From Nitrospirota bacterium (GTDB taxonomy: Bacteria > Nitrospirota > Nitrospiria > Nitrospirales > Nitrospiraceae): a stretch of DNA of 64,000 bases. Below the pieces are notes generated by a model that saw only the letters and a list, made by a program, of their open reading frames with translations, was not told the origin of the DNA and did not search any database. The translations under genes and the position numbers were made by a program. Shown here piece after piece: positions 19,746 through 29,638 of this stretch. Numbering within the stretch: position 1 is the first letter of the stretch; each line of letters starts with the position of its first letter. The DNA is taken from the NCBI GenBank assembly GCA_963701855.1, contig CAVPBK010000001.1, forward strand, positions 96,001-160,000, read 5' to 3'.

Positions 19746-21168
19746 ATGTTGAAACTTCGCGCGGGTATACTAAGTGCGCTCTTGCTGGGTACCGTAACTG
19801 TCGTGGCAGCCGAGACTGGCCCTCCTACGTTTCTCCCGAACCTCTTTCCCTTTCCCAACTCCCATGGAATCCTGAAAACCTTCAATGAAAGCGGGAAGCT
19901 CGATCTCACCGGTCCGTTTTTCCAGAGTCTTGGTACCAACGGCCGCAGCTGTGCCAGCTGCCATCAAGCCAGTGACGCCTGGTCCGTCTCAGCCGCGCAC
20001 GTCGCCAAGCGGTTTGAAGAGACGCATGGCCTCGACCCGATCTTTCGTACCAATGACGGCTCCAACTGTGATCACAGTATCGACACCTCAACGGTGGAAG
20101 GGCGCCGACATGCCTATAGCCTGCTGACCAGCCGCGGCTTGATCCGTATTGCCATGGCAGTCCCTGCCGGAGCCGAATTTGACGTGGTGAGCGTCAGCAA
20201 CCCTTACGGGTGCAATGAAACCTCGACCCTATCCATGTACCGCCGCCCGCTTCCTTCAACCAACCTCCGGTTTCTGACCACCGTAATGTGGGATGGGCGT
20301 GAATCCTCCACACAGACCGGCACGATACCGATTACACCGCTCGGCTCGAACCCCGGTGATTTGCAGACTGACCTGCTCCATCAATCGGTCGATGCCACCA
20401 TGGGACATGCCCAAGCCACCACGCCACCCACGCCGCAACAGCAGCGGCAAATCGTGATGTTTGAACTGGGACTGTCGACCGCACAGGCCGTCGAGTTTGG
20501 CGCTGGATCGCTCGAGTCCCACGGTGCGCACGGCGGGCCAGTGGCATTGCTTAACCAAGACTTCTTTGTCGGCATCAATGATCCGCTGGGCCTGAACCCC
20601 AGGGGTACCCCGTTCAATCCGGTGATCTTTACCTTGTTTACGCCCACCTGGGCGCATGAACAGTCCCATAACCACCACCGCGCCAGTATTCTGCGCGGGC
20701 AGACGCTGTTCAACTCGCGCCCGATCGCCATCAAGGGCGTCAACGGACTCAACGACGCGCTTGGAGTCGACACCCTTCCGGGGACGTGTGGCACGTGCCA
20801 CGACTCGCCCAATGTCGGCAACCATTCCGTCATAGCACCGTTAAACATCGGGATCGCCGACGTCGGAAATCCGCTGAATCCACTGGGGGTGAGTTATTTG
20901 CCGGTCATCAAGCTGCGCCAGAAAGCGGATCCGACGAAGGAGATTTCCACCACCGATCCCGGACGAGCGTTAGTGACGGGTAAATGGGCGGATATCGGCA
21001 AGTTCAAAGGACCGATTCTTCGAGGACTTTCAGCCCGGGCACCCTACTTCCACAATGGCTCGGCGGAGAGCCTGAAGGACGTCGTCGAATTCTACGAACG
21101 TCCGTTTTGACATGGGATTGACTGAAAGAGAAAAAGCCGACCTGGCCGCGTTCTTAAGTACCTTGTAA
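19746..21168 (+). pseudogene. Di-heme cytochrome c peroxidase/MauG-superfamily protein, frameshifted near the 3' end
   Basis: CASCH, CGTCH, FKGPILRGLSARAPYFHNGS; ORF stops at 21110 but the shifted frame continues RFDMGLTEREKADLAAFLSTL* to 21168. Confidence 0.8.
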
Positions 21169-21431
21169 CAACCGGCGATCGTGAACATGCTGCGGCGCTC
21201 AGCAAAATCCTGCTGGGCGCCCAGCGCTCCGCTCCGATGGTCAAACCTGAACCGCAGGGGCGACACACCTCTTCGGCGCGGAAGCATCCCCTAGCCCCTG
21301 GTCCAGAATCCTCCACATCAATCAATCCAGTACCGGTTGTCATGTTTCACGAATTTCTGTTGTCTGAGATAGAGTCACAAACAAACGATTTTGGATTTTG
21401 GACATCGGAGATCTTACTCGCCTTAGGTTCC

Positions 21432-22496
21432 TCAGACCTTTTGCTCGACCTTAGTCCGTCCTGTCACTTCATGCACACCTCCAGCCACCAGATGCTGGAC
21501 CAAGTTGTAAAAAATGATTGGAACCATGACTCGCGGGTAGGAGGCCAGCACAAGCGAGGCTAGGACCAGCCCAGTCCCGTTGTTATTCATCCCCAATCCG
21601 TACATGAGCGAGATACGGTCAGCCTGGTCTACCTTGAACAGATTGCTCAGCCCATACCCGGAGGCAAAGGCCGTGACGCAGAGGCCCGTGGTGATTCCCA
21701 ACGTCACCGCCAAGAAGTCGAAATCGCGGTCCGCCACTGCTTGGGGAAGCGAGACCGATCCATTCGAGTAGTTCAATAGCAATAAGACGATGGAATTGAT
21801 GAGCTTGATGAAGGGCATGACAGCCGTGAGCCGGGTTTCAGGAACGGCGAATCGCACAGCAAGGCCCAGCACGGATGGCAGTACGATCCAGAGGCCCAAG
21901 AACGCTCCTGATCCGTAGGCGGCAAGGTCCTGCAGCACCGTCTCATACTCCTCCGACGCCATCTCCCCGAATACCTGCAGCGCCACCGGCGTGATGATAG
22001 GGCTCAGAACGGTTGAGGCGAGGACCAATCCTAAGCTCAGCGCCAGATTTCCATTAGAGTTCTGCGCCCAGGCAGTAGACGCGCCGGCAATCGGCATGGC
22101 GGCGACCAACGCGAGGCCGACGAGGATATGCTGCGCTTCATCCGGCTCATACCACAGCCGCATGACCAGGGTGACGCCAAAAATATAGATCATGGGGATG
22201 ACCAAATTGGCCGCGAGTCCGGCCAACATCACTCTGCTTTTTTGCATGAGGGATTTTAAGTGCGACGTCTTCACGCCCAATCCGGCGTTAAACATGAGCG
22301 TGGCGAGGAGAAGCAGGAGCAAAGAGACATGGATTTTTGTCTGGAAAGCTGGAACGTCGCCCACATTAACGTTCCTGATCCATAAGCCGGCCGTTGGAAA
22401 AACGGCGGCGATGGCATAGGCACTAATCAAGAACCAGAGCAAATGATGGTGGATGAATCGTGACAGAGCGAGGAGCGTGAATCTGCGATTATCCAT
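21432..22496 (-). CDS. Bile acid:sodium symporter family transporter
   Basis: Multiple TM helices; MPIAGAS, GMNNNG motifs. Confidence 0.85.
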   Translation of the reverse strand: MDNRRFTLLALSRFIHHHLLWFLISAYAIAAVFPTAGLWIRNVNVGDVPAFQTKIHVSLLLLLLATLMFNAGLGVKTSHLKSLMQKSRVMLAGLAANLVIPMIYIFGVTLVMRLWYEPDEAQHILVGLALVAAMPIAGASTAWAQNSNGNLALSLGLVLASTVLSPIITPVALQVFGEMASEEYETVLQDLAAYGSGAFLGLWIVLPSVLGLAVRFAVPETRLTAVMPFIKLINSIVLLLLNYSNGSVSLPQAVADRDFDFLAVTLGITTGLCVTAFASGYGLSNLFKVDQADRISLMYGLGMNNNGTGLVLASLVLASYPRVMVPIIFYNLVQHLVAGGVHEVTGRTKVEQKV

Positions 22497-22553
22497 AGCT
22501 AGAACATGCTGAGTTGGCTCAAAATCAAATCCCGCCTTTGGCACCACAATAAT

Positions 22554-23396
22554 TTAGGGTGGTGGCGCCTGACCGATGATGTGGACCCTGGGGCCCCGGG
22601 GGAGTGGAATCACACGGTCGTCGTCCGGCTTATTCCCTAAGACCCACACGAACAATTTCTCCGCGTCGAACAGTTCAGGATTCTTCGGCAGCCCATACTG
22701 TTCCTTCTGCATCCGCTCATCGTAGAGGCCTATGCAGCCGTGCGAGGCCGGATAGCCCGGCATGTCCCGTCCATGGATCCAATAGGACAAGCCTTCCCTA
22801 TTTACATAGAATCGGAGCGCGTAATTCATCGGGTACGGCTGGTCCGTCCCTTCGATCGTATAGAGACCGGATTGATGTTGCAGATGGGCAGCGGTCAGAC
22901 GGAACTTCCCTGTGGGCGTTTCGTTGAGTTCATTCCCGGAAGCGATGGGAGTCGAGAAGCGAAGGGCTCCAAATTCATAGGCGCCGAGAAACTGCTCCGT
23001 CAGATCGATCAGAATGAATTTCTCCTTCAGCTCTCCTGGCGGATAGACCAGCGGTAATGGAGTAAATTGCGTCAGATCCTCGAGCCGTCTCGGGACCTTA
23101 ATCGAGACACCGGAGTGCGCGTGACGCCGATCGATCCGATTGAATCGTGCAACGTCCACCCAGTACTCGCCAAATATCTTCTCCAGCGATTCGCCGGGCT
23201 GGATGATACGGCAGTCCCACTCCACCGTGGCATCGCTAGGGTAATGAATCTCGCAGGGACCGCGCTGCTTCTTGGGGGAATCGGCTTGCGCGGAAACGGA
23301 AAGAAACGCGACCATCATTAGTGAGATGATAATCCGTGAACTCCGAAACGACCAGGGCATAGCGGTGGACATGATCGATACACTTGTGGGCGGCAT
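22554..23396 (-). CDS. L,D-transpeptidase family protein
   Basis: ETPTGKF, IHG..MPGYPASHGCIGL. Confidence 0.9.
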   Translation of the reverse strand: MPPTSVSIMSTAMPWSFRSSRIIISLMMVAFLSVSAQADSPKKQRGPCEIHYPSDATVEWDCRIIQPGESLEKIFGEYWVDVARFNRIDRRHAHSGVSIKVPRRLEDLTQFTPLPLVYPPGELKEKFILIDLTEQFLGAYEFGALRFSTPIASGNELNETPTGKFRLTAAHLQHQSGLYTIEGTDQPYPMNYALRFYVNREGLSYWIHGRDMPGYPASHGCIGLYDERMQKEQYGLPKNPELFDAEKLFVWVLGNKPDDDRVIPLPRGPRVHIIGQAPPP

Positions 23397-23423
23397 CGCG
23401 GTGAATCATATAATGGGGTCCTC

Positions 23424-23632
23424 CAGGCTGTTCAAAAAGACCGTCCAGCAAGGCCGCAGCGAGCAACTAAAAATAGTTTCTCCGAGCTTGCTCGTTGACG
23501 TTTCCCCAGGATGGCCCGGATGAGTCCCCACTGCGCGCGTCCAACGAGGGCTTTCTCAAGCCGCGCGTTGTGCGAGCACAGGGGAGTCACCGGGCCATCC
23601 CTCTTCTGCTGGCGGTTTTTTTCAACAGCCTG
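23424..23632 (+). mobile_element. Family A MITE-like element
   Basis: TIRs CAGGCTGTTCAAAAA / TTTTTCAACAGCCTG; conserved core module. Confidence 0.75.
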
Positions 23633-24067
23633 TTAAGACCAATACTGCGATGCCTTGGCATACCCAAACAACCGATCCCGCCGTGCCAGGATACCGACGA
23701 GCTTGCCGTTCCGAACCACAGGCACCCGCGTAATATAGCGATCCTGGAACAGATTCGCGACCTCTTCCAACTTCATATTCTCAGTGGCAGTTACCGGATG
23801 GGTGCTCATCATTTCAACAGCCATCACCTTCCGCAGATCCCGCCCCTCGATCATCGCCTGAAGCAGATCATACTCGCTTATCAGACCAACCAAGGTCCGG
23901 TCCTCTTCCACCATCGGCAGGCTGCCAAAATTTCGCTGGGTCATCATCCGGCTGATGGTCAGAGCATCGGTCCTGGAGCCACAGGTAAAGACCGCATCCT
24001 GCATCAATTGTCCCACAGTCAAAGTCTTCGGGTCGCAGGCCGTCGCAAGAAACTCCGTTTGTCGCAT
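23633..24067 (-). CDS. CBS-domain protein
   Basis: Tandem CBS motifs (LVGLISEYDL, LVGILARRD). Confidence 0.9.
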   Translation of the reverse strand: MRQTEFLATACDPKTLTVGQLMQDAVFTCGSRTDALTISRMMTQRNFGSLPMVEEDRTLVGLISEYDLLQAMIEGRDLRKVMAVEMMSTHPVTATENMKLEEVANLFQDRYITRVPVVRNGKLVGILARRDRLFGYAKASQYWS

Positions 24068-24124
24068 AACCCCTCCTTCTTATCCTCTATAATAGGAACG
24101 TGCAAATAGCAGGAACGCATTCCC

Positions 24125-24380
24125 GCGGGATGCTCAAAATGACCAGCCTTCTCACCCGCCCAACCCCGGCGCGCCAAGACGCACCGTTCCACGGGCAAGG
24201 CCGCAGGGAGCAGCTAAAATGGTTCCTCCGAGCTTGCTCGTTGACGTTTCCCCAGGATGGCCCGGATGAGTCCCCCACTGTGCGCGTCCAACGAGGGCTT
24301 TCTCAAGCCGCGCGTTGCGCGAGCACAGGGGACTCACTGGGCCATCCCTCTCCTGCTGGCGGCCTTTTTCAGCGTCATGC
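24125..24380 (+). mobile_element. Family A MITE-like element (composite of modules seen at 2018 and 23424)
   Basis: GCGGGATGCTCAAAA ... CTTTTTCAGCGTCATGC; shares CTCACCCGCCCAACCCCGGCGCGCCAAGACGC with the 2018 copy. Confidence 0.75.
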
Positions 24381-24818
24381 GCGCCCAGCCGCCAGGTAGG
24401 CACGAAGCACATCCCGCCTGGCAATGATGCCCACGAGCTTGTCTTTGGCATCCACCACCGGTACACGAATCAAATCGCTGGCTCTGAATACATGAACCAG
24501 CGTCAGGAGCATTGCTTCCGGGTGGATCGAATAGGGGTTAAACGTCATGATCTCACTCGCGGCAACGGCACCAAGCTTGCGTCCATCATCCAATGCACCC
24601 AATAGATCATGTTCGCTGACGATACCCAGGAGCTTATCTTTGGCGTCTACGATCGGCACAGCCCCGAATCCTTCGATCATGAGCGACGCGATGACGTCGC
24701 CTTTGGTCTTGAGATGAGCGGACTGCACATGTTTCTGCATAACCTGCTTGACCATCATCAGGCCAAACTCTTTCTTCCTACCTGTCCTGGCCTTCTTCGT
24801 CTTCTTCTTTGTCGGCAT
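24375..24818 (-). CDS. CBS-domain protein
   Basis: LLGIVSEHDL, LVGIIARRDV. Confidence 0.9.
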   Translation of the reverse strand: MPTKKKTKKARTGRKKEFGLMMVKQVMQKHVQSAHLKTKGDVIASLMIEGFGAVPIVDAKDKLLGIVSEHDLLGALDDGRKLGAVAASEIMTFNPYSIHPEAMLLTLVHVFRASDLIRVPVVDAKDKLVGIIARRDVLRAYLAAGRA

Positions 24819-24842
24819 GTATCCCTCCTCACAATTTATTTC

Positions 24843-25020
24843 GCAGGATAGTCTAGCGGCACTGGCGGAACGGGTTGATCTGGTTCATCTGGTTTATTTT
24901 GTTCATCTGGTTAGTCTCGTGCAACCAAACAAACCAACCAAATAAACAAGAGAAACCAGCCGGTTCTCGCGCTTCACGCGCCATGGTCTGTGGCTCTGGC
25001 GGACTTTTTCCGCAGCCTGC
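24843..25020. mobile_element. Family-A-ended element with 9-bp-periodic hairpin
   Basis: tctggttca/tctggttta... accaaac/accaacc/aaataaacaag; ends GGCGGACTTTTTCCGCAGCCTGC. Confidence 0.65.
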
Positions 25021-25027
25021 TCATGGC

Positions 25028-25564
25028 TCATTGACCGATCGCTTCCCCGGACGGCGCAGCGCTCCCCCGATCTTCCGGCCAGCGGAGATGCACAGTCTTC
25101 ATCTCTCCCGCTTCCACCGTTACCCCCTTGAAACCCTGCGTCCGATCCGCGTAGATCGCCGTGAGGTGATAGGTACCGGACGGAAGTTCGACGAACAACC
25201 AAGGTCCGTTAACATGGTCACGGGGAATGCTGATCGGAGGTCCCCCTTTTGCCGACCGAATGGTGACCGCGACTCCAGCCAGAAAGGGTTTCCCTCCCGC
25301 AGTGAACACGAGCTTCAGCGAGAAAGGGGGATACTCGGCGGTACGTTCATCGATCCCAACCCCGGCGCTGAAATAGCGTGCACCTTCGGCCCGATAGAGC
25401 GGGAGCGAGTCTTTGAACACCTGACCGTTCACTTGATATTCCAATTCGAGAAACTCCCCGGACTCCCCGATTCGGGCGACCGGCCCCCCTTCGGCTAAAC
25501 TCATTCCCCCACATAGGCTACTCCACAACGCAAGTATCGGAATCAGAATCTGTCTCATAGTCAC
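25028..25564 (-). CDS. Exported protein with carboxypeptidase-regulatory-like domain
   Basis: Signal peptide; GVGIDER, GPWLFVELPSGTY. Confidence 0.75.
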   Translation of the reverse strand: MTMRQILIPILALWSSLCGGMSLAEGGPVARIGESGEFLELEYQVNGQVFKDSLPLYRAEGARYFSAGVGIDERTAEYPPFSLKLVFTAGGKPFLAGVAVTIRSAKGGPPISIPRDHVNGPWLFVELPSGTYHLTAIYADRTQGFKGVTVEAGEMKTVHLRWPEDRGSAAPSGEAIGQ

Positions 25565-25624
25565 CTCCTGGCAACTCTAGCCGTCTGGGAAAAACTACAT
25601 TGGCACGCAAGACCGGCGGGACGC

Positions 25625-25706
25625 GAGGGTTGATCTAGTTTGTTTTGTTTATCTGGTTAGTTTCGTTCAACCCAAAAACCAAATAGACCAAATGAACAAG
25701 AGAGAC
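25625..25706. repeat. 9-bp-periodic hairpin repeat
   Basis: gagggttgatctagtttg...ggttagtttcgttcaaccc...accaaatagaccaaatgaacaag, close to the 13040 copy. Confidence 0.75.
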
Positions 25707-25839
25707 TGACGCCAATCACCACAGTGATGCTTTCCTTTCTGCTGCAAAACGCCGCACCATCAATAGGAGCCGGAGTGCCGTTTCTCTTCGCAACCCCTCG
25801 AAACAGGGCTGATTCTCCTTCCTCACTCCCATACGTCAC

Positions 25840-25855
25840 AGGCACATACAATGCA
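25840..25855 (+). promoter_or_regulatory. Candidate sigma54 promoter for the USP operon
   Basis: AGGCACATACAATGCA (GG-N10-GC). Confidence 0.5.
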
Positions 25856-25897
25856 GAACTGATACCCGGAATGGCCCGTGCGTTATTGGCGTCATCA

Positions 25898-26105
25898 ACC
25901 CGTATTATTCATGACGGTTCGTGGAAAAATCGCGCAGTCGCCACGCGAGACAGGCGCGCGGAGCCGTGAGGGAGGGAGGCATACTTGAAACAGTATGTTG
26001 ACCGACAGAACGGTGAGCCTGCCTGAACGCTGGGCTGACCGCGTCCAGGCTTGTCGTAGCGGCAAATCTGCGATTGCAGCAGAAACGTTCATGAAAAATG
26101 CGGAT
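25898..26105 (-). mobile_element. Family E MITE-like element
   Basis: TIRs CCCGTATTATTCATGA / TCATGAAAAATGCGG; interior homologous to the 31738 and 33043 copies, inverted. Confidence 0.75.
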
Positions 26106-26123
26106 CAAGGAAGGGAGCCTGTC

Positions 26124-27029
26124 ATGCGAATTCTTTGTGCTGTGGATGGGTCTGAATGTTCACGGTGGGGGGTGCAAGCACTCAAAGCGCTCGCCGACCT
26201 GGAGCCGGAGACTGTGACGCTTCTTCATGTAGTCGATCCTTCGGCCCTCCGAGCGGGCAAAGGCAGGAATCCCGTGGCAGAGAAGCGCGCCCTGGCCGCC
26301 ATGGAGAAGGCCGGTGAAATCCTTCTCCACGAGGCAGAGCGATTGGCTCGTGTCGCCCTCGGACAGGCCACGACCGGCCCCCACACCAAATTTCACACTA
26401 CCTTAGTCCATGGCCCCCTCACCCGTACGATCGTGCGACAGGCGGTGCGGGTGAAGGCCGATCTCATCCTCATCGGGTCCCGCGGGTTGAGCGACATTCG
26501 TGGATTCTTGATGGGAAGCATCTCCCGGCAGATCGCGTCGATTGCTCCCTGTTCAATCCTCGTTGTGAAACAGCCACTCCCGCGACTGACGCGTGTGGTC
26601 CTTGCGGTTGATGACTCAAAGCACTCCCGAGCAGCCGCTCGATTTCTTCGATCCTTCATTCTTCCGGAATCCGCCACGACCACCATCCTCTCCTCGGCCG
26701 AGAGACCGGTGACCGACTTGGCCGTTCGGTACTTATCCAAAACCCAAGTAGCAGAGTTGGAACGACCGGTCCTCGAACGAGCCACGCGACTGGTCACGGC
26801 ATTGCGGGATGAATTTCTCAAAGAAGGCTACGCCGTCGTCACAGACGTGCAGATGGACCACGTCATCGACACCATCGTCAAACAGGTGGAGACGGATCAT
26901 GCTGACCTCCTGGTGATCGGGTCTCGCGACTTGACTAAGAGCGAGCGGCTCTATCTCGGCAGCGTCTCGGAAAGTCTCCTGAGACACGTCCCTTGTTCCA
27001 TCCTGATCGTGCGAGGCCGGCGTGCCTAA
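26124..27029 (+). CDS. Tandem-domain universal stress protein
   Basis: ILCAVDGS, LILIGSRG...GSIS, LLVIGSR...GSVSE. Confidence 0.95.
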   Translation: MRILCAVDGSECSRWGVQALKALADLEPETVTLLHVVDPSALRAGKGRNPVAEKRALAAMEKAGEILLHEAERLARVALGQATTGPHTKFHTTLVHGPLTRTIVRQAVRVKADLILIGSRGLSDIRGFLMGSISRQIASIAPCSILVVKQPLPRLTRVVLAVDDSKHSRAAARFLRSFILPESATTTILSSAERPVTDLAVRYLSKTQVAELERPVLERATRLVTALRDEFLKEGYAVVTDVQMDHVIDTIVKQVETDHADLLVIGSRDLTKSERLYLGSVSESLLRHVPCSILIVRGRRA

Positions 27030-28215
27030 CCTCGACGAGCTACCGCTCCACCAACTCACGGTTGCTGAGATCTTCAAACACCTGGAAACCAGTGAAGGCG
27101 GCTTGTCACCCGAAGAGGCACAGCAGCGGCTCAGTCGGTATGGCCCCAATGTTCTGGAGGAGCCGGGTCACTATTCATTGATTCGAGGGTTCCTCCACCA
27201 GTTCACCCACTTTCTGGCAATTTTGCTCTGGATCGCCACCGCTCTGGCTTTCACCGCAGAATTCATGAAGCCCGGCGAAGGTATGGCCACGCTCGGCTGG
27301 GCAATCCTCGGTGTGATCGTCATCAACGCCGTCTTTGCCTTCTTTCAGGAATATAAAGCGGAGCGCGCGGTGCATGCCCTTCATCGACTCCTTCCTGCCA
27401 GAGCCTGGGTGCTACGAGGCAATCAACCGCATGACGTGTCGCGGAGTGAGATCGTGCCGGGTGACGTGCTCTTGATCGAGGAGGGAGAGCAGGTCCCTGC
27501 CGACGCCCGGCTCATCGAAGCATCCGACATGCGTGTCGACCTCTCCTCTCTCACAGGCAAATCCCAACCGAAGCGGCGGACGGCGGAGCCGGTCATCGAT
27601 GGACATCTCCAGGACATTCCCAATCTCGTATTCGCCGGTACCCCCGTGCTCTCCGGCAGAGGTCGGGCGGTCGTGTTCGCCACCGGCATGCAGACGGAAT
27701 TCGGCAAGATCGCCCGCCTCTCCACGAGCGTGGAGACAGGTCTCAGCCCGCTGCAGAAAGAGATCGCGAAGGTCACCCATGTGGTCGCAATGCTGTCGGT
27801 CGCCATGGGCGGAGTCTTTTTCGTCATCGGCGTCTCCATGGGCTTGGGCTTCTGGATCAGCGCGATCTTCGGGATCGGTATCATCGTGGCGAACGTGCCG
27901 GAAGGACTGCTCCCCACTGTGACGCTGGCCTTGGCGTTGGGCAGCCAGCGCATGGCCGCATTCCGACTGGGCATCTTCACCAATCAGCTGATACTTTGGG
28001 GTCTTGTCACTGAACTCACCCTCCTCGCGTTGATCGTCTACACCCCATTAGGAAATGCCATCTTTGGAACAAGCCCCTTGCCTGCCTGGATCTTCGGGCC
28101 ACTCGCGCTGGGCGCCCTTGTGCTGTTATTCGCAGAGGAAAGTCGCAAGTTCATCGTCAACCGATTCACAAACAATCGCGCAGGCGGAGTCACGCAACAA
28201 GCGGGCACATCATGA
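27022..28215 (+). pseudogene. Cation-transporting P-type ATPase with large in-frame internal deletion
   Basis: N-terminus and VPEGL present; jumps from GSQRMA straight to the C-terminal helices; no DKTGT or GDG motif; TGES reads TGKS. Confidence 0.85.
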
Positions 28216-29549
28216 CCAGTAAACCCCAAGACCCGATTCGTGAGGTCCCTGTCACGGAGATCCTCCCCCCCGGATCTTCTTCAACTCCGGCTCGCCATTC
28301 GTCAAGTCCATTATCCGACCATGAACACCGGCTCCCCGCCTCCATGCCCGTTCTCCCTCCACCACAGACCGGGCTCCGTGTTCGCTGGCTCATCGGCATC
28401 GTGACCCTGCTCGCGATCATCGGGGCAGGTGCCTGGTATTGGTGGATGGCCGGGACTCCACCGGTTTACTACAACACCGCGCTGGTCGATAGAGGCCCCA
28501 TCACCGCGATTGTCACAGCCACAGGCACAGTCAATCCGGTCGTGTCGGTGCAGGTGGGCAGCCAAGTCTCCGGCAAAATTACTCAGCTGATGGTGGACTT
28601 CAATTCCGTGGTCACGAAGGGTCAGGTCCTGGCCACGATCGACCCGCAACCGTTCCAAGCGAGGGTGAGTCAGGCCCGCGCATCGCTCAAGAGCGGGCGT
28701 GGCAATCTGGCGAAAGCAAAAAACATGGCGAACCAGCGAAGACTCGAACTCGATCGCATGACGACCCTGCTCCGGCAGCAATTCGTCTCTCAGGCGGATC
28801 TCGACCTTGCCGCCACAAACTTCCGTGACGCCCAGGCCCAAGTCGAGGTCGAGCAGGCGCAGGTGGATCAAGCGGTGGCCACATTGGCCTCGGCTGAGCT
28901 CGATCTCGGCTATACCACGATCTATTCCCCGGTCAACGGCATCGTGGTGTCCCGCAATGTCGATGTCGGCCAAACCGTCGCCGCCAGTTTCCAAACGCCG
29001 ACCCTCTTCGTGATCGCCCAGAACCTGACTCAGATGCAGGTGGACACCAACGTCAGCGAATCCGACATCGGAGGTGTGGCAGAAGGAAAACCCGCCAACT
29101 TCCGCGTGGACGCCTATCCCAAACAGTTCTTCGAGGGCACCGTGACACAGGTGCGCAACGCGCCGATCAGCATCCAGAACGTGGTGACCTACGACGTGGT
29201 GATCACGGTGGACAATCGGGAACTCAAGCTTAAGCCCGGGATGACGGCGAACGTGACGATCGTGACGGCCAAGAAAGAAAATCCTCTACGCGTACCGAAT
29301 GGGGCATTGCGCTTCCGGATGCCGGCGGTCCCGGTGGACCGCAAGGTCACGCAGGTATGGGTAATGGATCAGGCGAAGCAGGTGCGGCAGACGGCGATCA
29401 CCACTGGCATCGCCGACTCCCTCTTCACAGAAATCGCCGAGGGAACGCTGAAGGAAGGAGACCAGGTGATCCTGGGGATTGAGACGCCAGAAGAACAAGC
29501 CCAGAAGAAGTTGCCGCCGGGCTTCGAAGGCGGCCCGAGGATAAGATGA
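28212..29549 (+). CDS. MacA-like periplasmic adaptor subunit
   Basis: VGSQVSG, YTTIYSPVNG, GQTVAASFQTPTLF, LKPGMTA. Confidence 0.9.
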   Translation: MTSKPQDPIREVPVTEILPPGSSSTPARHSSSPLSDHEHRLPASMPVLPPPQTGLRVRWLIGIVTLLAIIGAGAWYWWMAGTPPVYYNTALVDRGPITAIVTATGTVNPVVSVQVGSQVSGKITQLMVDFNSVVTKGQVLATIDPQPFQARVSQARASLKSGRGNLAKAKNMANQRRLELDRMTTLLRQQFVSQADLDLAATNFRDAQAQVEVEQAQVDQAVATLASAELDLGYTTIYSPVNGIVVSRNVDVGQTVAASFQTPTLFVIAQNLTQMQVDTNVSESDIGGVAEGKPANFRVDAYPKQFFEGTVTQVRNAPISIQNVVTYDVVITVDNRELKLKPGMTANVTIVTAKKENPLRVPNGALRFRMPAVPVDRKVTQVWVMDQAKQVRQTAITTGIADSLFTEIAEGTLKEGDQVILGIETPEEQAQKKLPPGFEGGPRIR

Positions 29550-29553
29550 AAAG

Positions 29554-29638
29554 CTGGTCTGTTGGGTCTGTTCCGTCTATCTGGTCTGTCTGGTTGTTAA
29601 CCAGAAGAACGAGACAGACCACATAGACCAAATACACC
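29554..29638. repeat. 9-bp-periodic hairpin repeat filling the macA-macB gap
   Basis: ggtctgttg/ggtctgttc/cgtctatct/ggtctgtct ... gagacagac/cacatagac/caaatacac. Confidence 0.75.
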
